Positions 37,701 through 46,274 of a stretch of 64,000 nt of DNA are shown here, piece by piece. The DNA comes from Eledone cirrhosa. Lineage: Eukaryota. Under the pieces are notes generated by a model. The model was not told where the DNA came from, made no database searches, and saw only the letters and a program-made list of their open reading frames with translations. The position numbers and the translations under genes are program-made. Every line of letters begins with the position of its first letter. Within the stretch, counting starts at the first letter, position 1. Location of the stretch: positions 248,930,001 through 248,994,000 of the forward strand of contig OZ024743.1 of NCBI GenBank assembly GCA_964016885.1, read 5' to 3'.

Positions 37701-39940
37701 TGTTAAGTTTCTAATTTTATTTGTTTCCTATAGACTAGTGTTTCTGAAGGGAGTTGTGGCAATATTTAAGTGTGCCAGCTGGGGAGGCATTTTATCATGG
37801 CACCAGGTTATGTCTTTGACACAACTAAAGTCCTAACTACTTTAGAGTGCACTAGGTGTATTGTATCATGTCACAAGCAGTAGAAAAGTTGTGCATTTGA
37901 CACAAGTGAAAAGTCCTCCCAAGATATTTTATTTTTATGAGGGAGAAAAGGACAGGCCTCTGAAACTGGTGAGATATTGAGGAATGTATCCTTAAACTGG
38001 AGACCTGTTCCAAATGCTTGCAACAGGGAATTCTGCTAAAGGTACCCAAAGGTCAGGGGGTAGTGTTAAACCAAGTGACAGATTAAGTTTACAACCTGTT
38101 ACTGTGAGTATTTTAGTAGTCTGGCTTTTATTGATCACATTTTAGTTAATTACCATATTTGATGGTTTATAAGACACACCTCAATTTTGGCAAGCATTTA
38201 AAAAAAGTAATGTTTTAACTGCAAATGTCAGGTGAAGTTTGTGTGTTGTATTTTTTTATTATCATTCTACATCATAATTCTAGTTGTAATATTTTAGTAC
38301 ATTTTTAAAACATAAGGAAGTGTGAAAATAAATTTACTTTATTCTCTACATCGTATTTAAAAAAATATTTAAGAGCAACTGCAGCACTAGAACTCCACTA
38401 GCCAGTAACCCAAACTGATCCTTGACCTTATAAGACACAGGGTGATTTACTGGGACATTTTTTTTTTTTAAAAAAGTGCAGCTTATAAGCTGTTCAAATA
38501 TGGTAGCTTTAAATTGGTTTCAAAATATTTGAAAAATAAGTAATTTTTTCTTAAAATGATATCTTTTAATTGTTTATTCCTCTAACCCTATTTTTCTAGC
38601 ATGGTGCTCGAGTAAACCAACGTAATCATATTGGAAGCACATGTTTACATGAGGCAGTAGGTACCAACAACGCAAATTTAGTGGCCTTGCTACTTGAGGC
38701 TGGTGCTAATATCAGTCTAGTGAATCTCTTGAATCTCTCTCCTATACATTTAGCAGAGGTATGTACAGTATTGTACATGGAAATAATTTTTTGTTAGTTT
38801 TGCTATTGTATATTCTTTAACCCTTTTATTACCATATTTCTAATGAAAGACACTGGTTTAAAATTTGTAAAGAATTAGTCGTATAACTTTCTGACTAAGC
38901 TGGTGTTTGGAACATAATTTAAAAAAGGTTTTTACATAGAATTATGATGGAAGGTTTTTAGATGAATATATAACTTTAAAATAAAGTTATGTAGTGAAGA
39001 ACCAAGAGTGGTTTTAAGCATTTTGGTATGAAAGGGGTTAAGTTATTCACAAATATTCTATTATTAGATTAACATCGACATCATCATTTTGAGCCTGTTT
39101 TTCCATGCAGGCGTAGGTTGCATGAGTATTCATGGTCAATCAGTTCTTCAGTTACTGCCCTTCTAGAAGGGTCAGAGACCACATCTTGTTTGTACATTCC
39201 ATTTCTAGCATGGTTTCTACAACTGAATGACTTTTCAATAACAAGAGTGTATTCTAATGTGGCATTTGCAAGACTTGTATTTAACTAAAGAAATATTCTC
39301 AAATAGGGATAGCTAAGGTGAGGAAATTCTGAAAAGCTATTCAAATATTTTTTTTAAATGTTGAAGCATGTCCTTTGCTAATGATTATATAAACCTTCAT
39401 CATCGCTACTTAACGACTATTTTCCATGCTTGCATGGGTTAGATGGGCTGTCATGTTTGAAGCCAGTCATGTCAGGTTACCACATCTTGCTCATACTTGG
39501 CTTGGTTTTCTATGGCTGGATGCCCTTCCTAACACCAAGCACCTTACTGTGTGTACTGGAAGCTTTTTGTGACACCACCACTACCACCTTACAGGGTGCT
39601 TTTGCTGTGGTACCATTACAATCAACTTACAGGGTTTCAGTTATAAATACTCTTCCTATTCTGCACCTACATTAGATGGTGTTAGGAAGGGCATCCAGCT
39701 GTAAAACCATATAAAAAATTGAAACCTACAAGTTATATGTGATCCTTTGCCCTATCTAAGAGGGAAGTTACGCTGAATAAGAATTCTCACCACAACTCAT
39801 TCCACCAATACCAGTATGATGACATTTTAAACCCATATTAGCATCTTGGTTTTTCACTTTTCTAGAATCAAGGTATGAAACATTTATTGACAAGTTTCCT
39901 GAACACTAGAGAACCACAAGGACCAGAAGCAATTTTTTAA
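757..39940 (+). CDS. ANKRD27: Ankyrin repeat domain-containing protein 27 / VARP (VPS9 Rab GEF plus ankyrin repeats); spliced gene, 23 coding exons in window, 5' end outside window
   Basis: Hand-spliced exons join through GT-AG introns with consistent phases into one 918-aa frame. Recognisable VARP motifs occur in order: ILFEETFYN, YTKSMQLLLRD, SDDLLPLLIFIIVKSEIPNW (VPS9), CHPLCSCDKC, ankyrin block 1, CHPLCQCEKC, ankyrin block 2. Confidence 0.95.
1805..2226 (+). repeat. 48-nt tandem array (about 5.5 units, 1805..2075) within an RTE-3'UTR/SINE-type repeat
   Basis: gcacccagccca recurs at 1811, 1859, 1907, 1955, 2003 and 2051; followed by ggttggcgttaggaagagcatccagccgtag and a (GAT)n tail. Confidence 0.9.
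2577..2727 (+). CDS. ANKRD27: ANKRD27 exon
   Basis: ttacag|...|gttagt; TVYISNGQIHLQDNFTNKLKINILFEETFYNAADESYRVLCVEQIFNSDQ; phase 0/1. Confidence 0.9.
3231..3311 (+). CDS. ANKRD27: ANKRD27 exon
   Basis: atttag|...|gtaaga; KSESTQQFYRTPTTYKDCIELLWGDS; phase 1/1. Confidence 0.8.
4510..4604 (+). CDS. ANKRD27: ANKRD27 exon
   Basis: tttcag|...|gtaagt; NKKTRENLDKVLQQFIYVYERLDVYNFRSIV; phase 1/0. Confidence 0.85.
4860..5782 (+). mobile_element. Two degenerate tandem RTE 3' fragments
   Basis: Decayed similarity to the RTE C-terminal coding region; ends ...aaaacgatgatga. Confidence 0.7.
5903..6240 (-). mobile_element. RTE 3' fragment of a subfamily whose ORF runs directly into the tail
   Basis: RERRLRWYGHVMRM..GRPQKTW..WRDAV, then cggatgtaaaa(tga)n. 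Confidence 0.88.
6499..6558 (+). CDS. ANKRD27: ANKRD27 exon
   Basis: ccttag|...|gtaagt; DVASAQYTKSMQLLLRDPTL; phase 0/0. Confidence 0.9.
6731..10404 (+). mobile_element. Near full-length RTE-clade LINE in an ANKRD27 intron
   Basis: Long ORF with APE endonuclease and RT, RTE C-terminus RLRWYGHV..GRPKMTW, a 3' UTR and a (GAT)n tail; left boundary approximate. Confidence 0.92.
6988..10101 (+). pseudogene. RTE ORF (endonuclease, reverse transcriptase, PHD-like finger) broken by one in-frame TGA at 9769-9771
   Basis: APE motifs (VGTINV, VQETRW, GDFNGH, QLDFIL, SQHSLV) and RT motifs (YRGIKL, QFGF, FVDLEKAFD, GVHQGSVLSP, YADDL). The ORFs 6988..9771 and 9775..10101 are in the same frame. Confidence 0.9.
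10935..11215. mobile_element. hAT-type (Charlie-like) MITE
   Basis: Perfect 15-bp TIR caggggtccccaacc; 8-bp TSD ctctaaga (10927-10934, 11216-11223); subterminal ccggcccg(c/t)g motifs. Confidence 0.93.
11945..12395 (-). mobile_element. Diverged RTE 3' end (ORF terminus, repeat-containing 3' UTR and tail)
   Basis: (CAT)n tail, ggatgcccttcctaacaccaacc block; the minus-strand end translates DRDLWRYSVTEKTR. Confidence 0.8.
12637..12693 (+). CDS. ANKRD27: ANKRD27 exon
   Basis: ttacag|...|gttagt; KSRARHNPVYMDCLKVAAE; phase 0/0. Confidence 0.85.
14209..14351 (+). CDS. ANKRD27: ANKRD27 exon (start of VPS9 region)
   Basis: tttcag|...|gtaaga; TYVLHQLHKSLFGALTLCMASDDAEINKCTRNLKELQCHHLDIRESF; phase 0/2. 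Confidence 0.9.
14395..14770 (+). mobile_element. Degenerate RTE 3' fragment
   Basis: Decayed EASML.WMC / RRLHWY.HV coding similarity. Confidence 0.65.
16246..16382 (+). CDS. ANKRD27: ANKRD27 exon (VPS9)
   Basis: ttttag|...|gtattt; NNIPIARKEMARLNRYSTPMGKLYCIQRLIAFLMRPPKSPASTPE; phase 2/1. Confidence 0.9.
18293..18383 (+). CDS. ANKRD27: ANKRD27 exon (VPS9 catalytic DDLL motif)
   Basis: ctatag|...|gtatgt; DSEALSDVMTSDDLLPLLIFIIVKSEIPN; phase 1/2. Confidence 0.92.
18481..18546 (+). CDS. ANKRD27: ANKRD27 exon (VPS9)
   Basis: tttcag|...|gttagt; CSNLAYVQHFNFSRASNKDEY; phase 2/2. Confidence 0.9.
19452..19539 (+). CDS. ANKRD27: ANKRD27 exon (VPS9 end)
   Basis: ttttag|...|gtatta; YYLASIEAALQQIRSGKVKIIPSTSSNIQ; phase 2/0. 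Confidence 0.9.
20384..20497 (+). CDS. ANKRD27: ANKRD27 exon (linker)
   Basis: ttttag|...|gtaagt; WFDSSVDVVIDDTTDAVPSPIFESNKTPELSPTDIFFQ; phase 0/0. Confidence 0.85.
21010..21199 (+). CDS. ANKRD27: ANKRD27 exon (zinc fingernail 1)
   Basis: tttcag|...|gtaacg; HIEAGDEDAVKVFL...LCHPLCSCDKCETLM...TPSTRDDRGYT; phase 0/1. Confidence 0.95.
21381..21693 (-). mobile_element. CR1 3' fragment, internally deleted
   Basis: Matches the CR1 3' end and part of the ORF end at 42299..42875. Confidence 0.8.
21964..22103 (+). CDS. ANKRD27: ANKRD27 exon (ankyrin repeats)
   Basis: tttag|...|gtatgt; LHVAAAAGHAELIDILVYHGASVDATDYMGLTPMHLACRKGFQSVA; phase 1/0. Confidence 0.95.
22918..23010 (+). CDS. ANKRD27: ANKRD27 exon (ankyrin)
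   Basis: ttgcag|...|gtaagt; LLLVHFGCNLHLTDNDGNTPLHSCAANGHEE; phase 0/0. Confidence 0.93.
23673..23781 (+). CDS. ANKRD27: ANKRD27 exon (ankyrin)
   Basis: atccag|...|gtaagc; CVKALVFSDCGNGKLNIDAINDAGDTALHLAAKWGY; phase 0/1. Confidence 0.93.
24356..24527 (+). mobile_element. Same SINE family
   Basis: Same A/B boxes and core; 17-bp direct repeat attatgtataacaattg (24339-24355, 24528-24544). Confidence 0.85.
24716..24873 (+). CDS. ANKRD27: ANKRD27 exon (ankyrin)
   Basis: ttttag|...|gtaagc; NIVETLLENNARTDIRNRKKQLPMNCAHNSHIQQLLLNTPTDEMKQSFYASR; phase 1/0. Confidence 0.92.
25632..25796 (+). CDS. ANKRD27: ANKRD27 exon (Ser-rich linker)
   Basis: ttacag|...|gtaagg; YSPESKTVPLYSSSLATSS...QEKLFKAVKNHDLQL; phase 0/0. 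Confidence 0.9.
26191..26325 (+). CDS. ANKRD27: ANKRD27 exon (zinc fingernail 2)
   Basis: atttag|...|gtaaag; VRFYLGLSSDSENKLKTQQSVDSAMGIENLCHPLCQCEKCAVLQQ; phase 0/0. Confidence 0.95.
26438..26694. mobile_element. piggyBac-like MITE; related copies near 15838, 18580, 23403, 38817, 54415 and 55353
   Basis: TTAA flanks with TIR cccttttgataccaa / ttggtaacaaaaggg. Confidence 0.82.
29160..29860 (-). mobile_element. Degenerate RTE RT fragment
   Basis: PWEFLCADDLVVIAES..GKWPYSICLRRVGRSS aligns with the RTE ORF. Confidence 0.8.
30283..30312 (+). CDS. ANKRD27: Candidate alternative 30-nt microexon of ANKRD27 (SLKELLSQGY)
   Basis: CACTAAC branch point at 30255-30261, tttttacttcag acceptor, gtaagt donor; 30 nt, open in phase 0, matching the flanking phase-0 intron. 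Confidence 0.6.
32985..33230 (-). mobile_element. RTE-type 3' fragment with (GAA)n tail; a second copy lies at about 34870..35095
   Basis: The minus strand translates YYGHVVRM..RPRARWLDNI..ASDRTHWK; the two copies align. Confidence 0.7.
35550..35970 (-). repeat. Related repeat with a diverged tandem array of about 42-nt units
   Basis: About six copies of ttttgtcatggcaccagcactaccaccttacag...gtgc. Confidence 0.75.
36575..36769 (+). CDS. ANKRD27: ANKRD27 exon (ankyrin block 2)
   Basis: ttgtag|...|gtaaag; KLTKKQSDIDINKRNCQGLTALHLSVQGNSLELAKTMLEAGAHINCLSEDGFTPLHVACLNEDSE; phase 0/0. Confidence 0.93.
37082..37270 (-). mobile_element. RTE-like fragment with an internal tandem duplication
   Basis: VKRNRMRWL(GH) is present twice in the ORF 37082..37264. 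Confidence 0.6.
37461..37580 (+). CDS. ANKRD27: ANKRD27 exon (ankyrin)
   Basis: tttcag|...|gtaaac; MVELLLSYGAKVNLADHCGNSPLHYCCQRANIPLATLLLE; phase 0/0. Confidence 0.93.
38600..38758 (+). CDS. ANKRD27: ANKRD27 exon (ankyrin)
   Basis: ttctag|...|gtatgt; HGARVNQRNHIGSTCLHEAVGTNNANLVALLLEAGANISLVNLLNLSPIHLAE; phase 0/0. Confidence 0.93.
39866..39940 (+). CDS. ANKRD27: ANKRD27 last coding exon (stop TAA at 39938-39940; exon probably continues to a donor at 39966)
   Basis: ttctag|NQGMKHLLTSFLNTREPQGPEAIF*; cag|gttagt 25 nt after the stop. Confidence 0.75.
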   Translation, partial: NQGMKHLLTSFLNTREPQGPEAIF

Positions 39941-40266
39941 TATTCATCTTCCAGTTTAAATCCAGGTTAGTTTATAGTTGAAAATTATTTTTTTCTTATA
40001 TTTTCTCCATCTCATCAACATCCCTTTTACCATCGTTTTTCCATGCTTGCATGGTTTGGACTATTTATTATGAAGGTGAGTGGGCTCACAATGGCAAAGT
40101 CATGGCTTCAGTACCCAGAGCATGTGATGTAATGTCTCCTTGAGAAAGGCACTTCATTTCATGTAACTCTGGCTTAAAATGAATACCAGTGGCAACATCT
40201 AGAGATTAGCTTTGTGACAGACAGGTGTCCCTTTCAAGTCGAAGTTTTATACTCTGAGTTGCTTAA

Positions 40267-41485
40267 TCATCATCATCATCGTTTAACGGCTATCTTTCAC
40301 TCTAGCATGGGTTAGATGGGTTTGTCCCATTAGGGGCAAGTTGGGTTGGGTGACCGTGTCTCGCTTATATAGGATTCTGGTTGGTTTTCTACAGCTGGAT
40401 GCCCTTCCTAATGCCAACCACATTTACAGTGTGTGGTGTGTTCTTTTTGCCGTGTCTCCTACACGACCTCTTTACAGTGTGGGCTGGATGTTTTGTGGTA
40501 CCAACATTATATAAATATATGAGCAAGACACTTTATTTCACATTGTTCCAGTTTACTCAGCTGTAGAAATGAGATGATAGGCCTGGAGTTCCTATCATTC
40601 CACTGCAAAGTGGTCGTGGAGGTGCCACGGCAAAAAAAGCACCCAGCCCACACTGTAAAATGGATGTGTAGGCGCCATGGAAAAAAAAAAAGCACCCAGC
40701 CCACACTGTAAAGTGGACGCGTAGGTGCCACTGAAAAAAAGCACCCAAACTCACTGTAAATGAGGTTGGTGTTAGGAAGGGCATCCAGCTGTAGAAATCA
40801 AGCCAGAATCAGTTCCTGTATGAGCAAGACAAGGTCAACCGATCAGACACTGCCCACAACAGGACAACCCATCTAACCCATGCTAGCGTGGAAGAACAGG
40901 CGTAAAATGGTAATGATGATGATATACACACACAGGAAAACCTGGGATGAGGTGATAAAAGCCGACCTTGCCCAATTGCACCTCTCAAAGGAGATGACAC
41001 TTGACCGGGATCTCTGGTGATATGCAGTAATACAGAAGACCCAACTTCCCACGAGCACAAGCTGAAGCATATGTACAGTATCCCCCCCCCCCCCCAGCCC
41101 ACACTGTAAAATGGACTTGTAAAAGACATGGCAAAAAGCACCCAGCCCACACTGTAAAGTGGACTTGTAAAAGACATGGCAAAAAGCACCCAGCACACAC
41201 TGTCAATGTGGTTGGCATTAGGAAGGACATCTAGCCAGAAACACCCCTATATGAACAAGTAACAGTCACCTGACACAACTTACCTCTAAATGGGACTCGT
41301 CTAACCCATGGTAGCATGGAAGATGGACGTTAATCGATGACGATGATGATACGCATGCACACATATATACATATTTATATCATCATCACCACTGTTTTAC
41401 GTTTATTCTTCCACGCTAGCATGGGTTAGACGAGTTGTCCTGTTGTGGGCAATGCTAGGTCAGGTGACCATGTATTGCTCATACA
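40267..41485. mobile_element. Cluster of RTE 3'-end/SINE-like copies in mixed orientation (about 40267-40500 -, 40600-40922 +, 40935-41350 +, 41380-41485 -)
   Basis: The copies share ctaacccatgctagc / ggaagggcatccagctgtag blocks and (GAT)n tails with 10130..10404. Confidence 0.85.
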
Positions 41486-41670
41486 TTAAATGTTTTAGAA
41501 TATTAAATTGAAGTTGCCTGCAAATCTTTATTATTAAAGTTATATGAGATTGTGTACAAATTTAGCTAAAATGTGGTAACTCTTCACATCTGAATTTTCC
41601 TGTGATCAAATACATTTTTTAGTAATCTTTCTTAATTATAACCTACACAATGGCTGTATGGTTATAATAA

Positions 41671-42298
41671 TAATATACGTGAACGACAAAGCATAAAGGA
41701 ATTGAGAGAGAGACTGAGCATAAGAGGAATCAAATGCTGCGTGCAGGAGAGGCGGTTACGCTGGTATGGACATGTGATGCGTATGAAGGATGACAGCTGC
41801 ATAAAAAAAAAAAAAGGTGCAGAGCACTAGAAGTTGATGGAAACCGCGGAGTGGGGAGACCCAAGATGACTTGGGATGAGGTGATAAAAGCCGACCTTAC
41901 CCAACTACACCTCTCAAAGTCAATGACACACGACCGTGACTTCTGGCGTCACGCAGTAATACAGGGTACCCGACCTCCCATGGGTACATGCTGAAGCATA
42001 TAAACAATATGCCCCCCCCCCCTCCACCGCAAGGTGGCCGTGGAGGTGCCACGGCAAAAAAAGCACCCAGCCCACACTGTAAAGTGGACGTGTAGGCGCC
42101 ACGAAAAAGCACCCAGCACTCACTGTAAATGAGGTTGGTGTTAGGAAGGGCATCCAGCTGTAGAAATCAAGCCAGATCAGTTCCTGTATGAGCAAGGCAT
42201 GGTCAGCCGACCAGACACTGCCCACAACAGGACAACCCGTCTAACCCATGCTAGCGTGGAAGAACGGACGTAAAACGGTGATGATGATGATGATGATG
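41671..42298 (+). mobile_element. 5'-truncated copy of the same RTE element
   Basis: Nearly identical to 9786..10404 apart from a poly-A expansion and a few substitutions/indels; ends in (GAT)n. Confidence 0.93.
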
Positions 42299-44190
42299 AA
42301 TAATGAAATTATTGTGTACAGTGCTCAGGTGCACTACAACTCATCAAAGGTGCATGTATAGTACATAGAATAATGTACAAATGTCAGGAAAATAAACAGT
42401 GTATGAGTCATGATATAATAACAATAATGAAATATTGTGCACAGTGCCCAGGTGCACCACAACCCATCAAAAAAGTGCATGTACAGTACATAGGGCAATG
42501 CACAAACATCAGTAAAATGAACAGTGCACGAGTTATGATACACACATGTGTGCATGTGTATGGAAGGGGCACATCAGGTGTAGTTTTGGCGTATTTCGGG
42601 AAGCATGAGTGTCTTAAAGGATGCAGTGTCTCGGCAGTTAACAATTGACGCAGGCAGTTTGTTCCATGCCTCAGCAACTCTGAGCGTGAAAAAATGTCTG
42701 CGAAAGTCATGGGAGCTGTGCTGTTTTCTTATCTTGTAGGCATGTCCACGTGTGTTAGACACATGGAGATCAAAGAGGCGCTCAGGGTTGCAGTTGGCGA
42801 GATGGTTAAAAACTTTGTGGGTATTCACCAAGTCCATTGCCAGACGTCGGAGCTTCAATGAATCCATGCCCAGGAAAGCAAGGCGTTCAGAGTATGGTAG
42901 GTGTCTGATGGAGGGTATGCGCTTGGTTGCACGTCTCTGAACAGTTTCCAGGAGGTCAATGTTCCGAGCAAGATAGGGGTTCCAGACTGATGATGCGAAT
43001 TCCAAGTGTGGTCGCACCATAGCTGTATACAGTTTTAAATAGATGGCTGGAGAGCGGCTAACAAAGGTCTTGCTGAGTGATGCCAAGACACCCTCGGCCT
43101 TCTTGACAATCTTAGAGACATGCTTTGTCCAACGCAAATCGTTGCTGACAGTAATGCCCAGGTCACGTTCACAAGAGGACTTTTTGATGTCAGTGTTGTG
43201 GAGGGAGTATGTGGACGCTGGATTTTTCCTTCCAAAATGCATGGTGGTACACTTGTCCACAGCCAGCTTCAGTTGCCAGTCTGTGATCCATTGCTGCATT
43301 GTGTCCAGGTCTGATTGTAGGAAAGAGTTGTAAATTTCAGGATCAGTCCTTTTGATTTCAAGGTACAGCTTGATGTCATCTGCATATTTTAGTACCGTGG
43401 CATTCTGTAAGTTGGCATCTATGTCGTTAATATATGCCACAAACAAAAGAGGACCAAGAACAGATCCCTGTGGTACACCAGATGACATCTCATATGGTGA
43501 AGAATGCTGTCCCAGAACCGTGACTACTTCCTTTCGGCTGAGAATGAAGGATTTCAGCCAGTCGAAAAGATCATCCCTCACACCCATTGCAGAGAGTTTT
43601 GCCATAAGTCTTTTGTGTGGCACAGAATTAAAAGCCTTAGCAAAGTCAAGGTAAACAACATCCACCCATGAGCCGCTGTCAGTGATCCGGGTGATGTCCT
43701 CAAGGAACTCGATAAGCTGATCACAGCAGCTGGAGTTAGGGATAAATCCAAACTGTGAGGGCCGGATGAGGCTGTGAGAGCTCCAGAAGTTCCAAAGTGT
43801 TTCTCTGACACAGGATTCCATCAGTTTGGCCATACAGCTAGTAAGACTGACTGGACGATAGTTGACAGGTGACATGCGGTTGCCCTTTTTGAACAGGGGA
43901 ATGACACTGGCAGTTTTCCACTGCTCCGGAGTAGCACCATTGCTGAGACAGTATTGAAAGAAAAAAGAAAGCTGGCGCAAAAGGAAATCCCCGCCACGTT
44001 TGAGAAGCAGGTATGTCACACCATCAAGACCAGGGGAGGCATAGTTGCGCTTATTCTTAAGGTGACGTCGCAACATTGCAGGTGTAAATTCCATAGTTGT
44101 TATGGAATTTGATGTTAGAGATGGTGGAGATGGTACATTCTGGTTTTCAACAGTAAAAATACTTGCATAGCACTCAGCAATGAGTGTTGG
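42299..44190 (-). mobile_element. 5'-truncated CR1-clade LINE; RT ORF 42574..44094 is intact
   Basis: SPGLDG, YRPVSLTS, YLDFAKAFN, GVPQGSVLGP, YADD and the CR1 C-terminal NTRGH..FFTLRV..WNKLP. The frame continues upstream (LIAECYASIFTVEN). (ATT)n tail. Confidence 0.92.
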
Positions 44191-45113
44191 GCTATTGTCT
44201 ACATGGTCATGAGTTAAAATATTACTACATCCATTATCTAGTGCTCTTGAACAAGATATTTAACTCTACTTGCTCCTGTATTCTTAACTGACTTAAAATA
44301 ATCTCCAGAGAAATTGACAGTTGTTAGAGCATAGGACAAAATAACTTGCAGTGTTTGTTTTTACTCTCTGTACATTAAGTTCATACTTTGTTGATATCAG
44401 CCTTGTCATTTAATTTTTAGGGGTTTGATAAAATAAGGTACCAGTCCAGGGCAGTGAATTGGTGGAATCATTAGTGTCAAATGAAATGTAATTGTTGGGG
44501 TTCTTTCACTGTGACTTAATTGGGTGGTAGACTTCATCTCCTTTCTGGCTTAATGTCGCCCTTGGACCCTTGTATGTCTTTAGGAGAGTTCACTCTTGCA
44601 AGTATTTGGGCCACGTTTCCAGTTGTGGATATCTGTCCCCGGCTTAAAAAAGATCAAGGGCATTGCCATTTGATTAAATTATGAAAAGAGAAACAAAAAT
44701 AAATTATACCTTACTGTAAAAGCAATTGTTCCAACAAAAACCACCCTAAATAGATGTACAAAAGAAAATTAATCTTTTTAGCATGCATTTAAGTCCTATT
44801 ATGTGAACATTTTGAAGGGCCCTTAATTTTTGGAGTTGTAGTGATGTCTTGACATGGCATGTCCAGGGTATTTTAATCCTGGCTGAGCCCATCAGAATAC
44901 AGCCAATTTCTTCTAGAAAAAGAGGAAGAAGAATAATTGACCCCAGTATTGGTACTTCATTTATCAACCTTGAAAGGATGTAAAGCAAAATTGATCTTGG
45001 TAAGATTTGGACTCAGAGCATAGAGAATTAGAATACTGAGGCAATTTTAATCTGACACCGTCAAACATTTTGAACTGCTTCTAAATATATCTTTATAAAA
45101 TCTATATTTTCAG

Positions 45114-45770
45114 ATACATAAACCTTGCCCTGTTATGAACTGAAGCAACATTTCCCCAGTTACTTCACAAAAGTCTGTTGTCAACAGTTTAAAGTCATGT
45201 TTTTTTTTCTGCTTCCCATAAGAAAGAAAGACAACAGCCAACCAGTCTTTGCAAACTTTTAATGGTTTCTTTTGACGCACAATCAATTCTCTATTTGCAT
45301 TGAACCATGTAATTTGAAGATATTTTAATCTTTATAAGATCTCCACAATGATTAGAATTTGAAACTCCACAGATTATAAAGGCATGTACAACTCTATACT
45401 AAATGATATTTGTTGTGTGTTTTCAATGAAAATACCAATTTCACAATTTTTTCTTGTCTAATTATAAAACTTCTTTATCTCTAATTGTAATACCTGTTAT
45501 TATTATTTTGTATTTTGAAAGATTCTTTCCAATTTTTTCATTGTTAAAATGACATGGTAATTACATGTTCTATCTCCAAAATATTGAAATTTCTTTGTAT
45601 TCTTTAATTTTTAAACTTCCATCACTGTTATTCATTTTCCCACCTTTTCCCATTTGAACTGAATTAAAGATATTACTATTATATTGGACCACAGGTCATG
45701 CTATTTGATAAAAGAAAACTAACTAATATTCCAGTGTACATATTTTGACAATGTGAAATAATAAATAAGA
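45114..45770 (+). other. Probable non-coding 3' UTR exon of ANKRD27 (3' end uncertain)
   Basis: atattttcag acceptor ending at 45113, followed by unique AU-rich sequence; AATAAA near 45760. Confidence 0.4.
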
Positions 45771-46149
45771 TAGTGTTACTAGATGTTTTGCATTGCCTTA
45801 AGGTCCTCTCATAAGTCACAGCTTATATGAATTCCTCTGTTTTTCAACTTACTATTACATCTCAGTTATGGAATACATTTACTAGTGTGATTACTGGTAC
45901 TAAGCTTGCATTAATAACTTATGTATTATCAGTATTTCTCAATACATTACATCTCAGTTATAGAGTAAGTACATTTACAAGTGTAATTAAGTTTAAGCTT
46001 GTATTAATCGTGAAATCTGATATTTTATGAGACTATTTTACTAGTCTATCTAAATAAGAGAAAATAGGCATGAGCATAAGCTGTTTTGATCTTCACTGTG
46101 TTGTAAATTTTTACTATATTCAAAAGAATCAATAGTTAGAGGAAATAAT

Positions 46150-46274
46150 TGTTTCTACTTTTGGCACAAGGCCAGCAATTACCTAGTACATTACTGGTAC
46201 TTTATTTTATCGACCCCGTAAGGATGAAAGGCAAAGTTAACCTCGGCGGGATTTGAACTCAGATCACTGCCCTT
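46150..46274 (-). mobile_element. Same SINE family, internally deleted
   Basis: Core and B-box present, A-box region missing; 18-bp TSD atagttagaggaaataat (46132-46149, 46275-46292). Confidence 0.82.
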
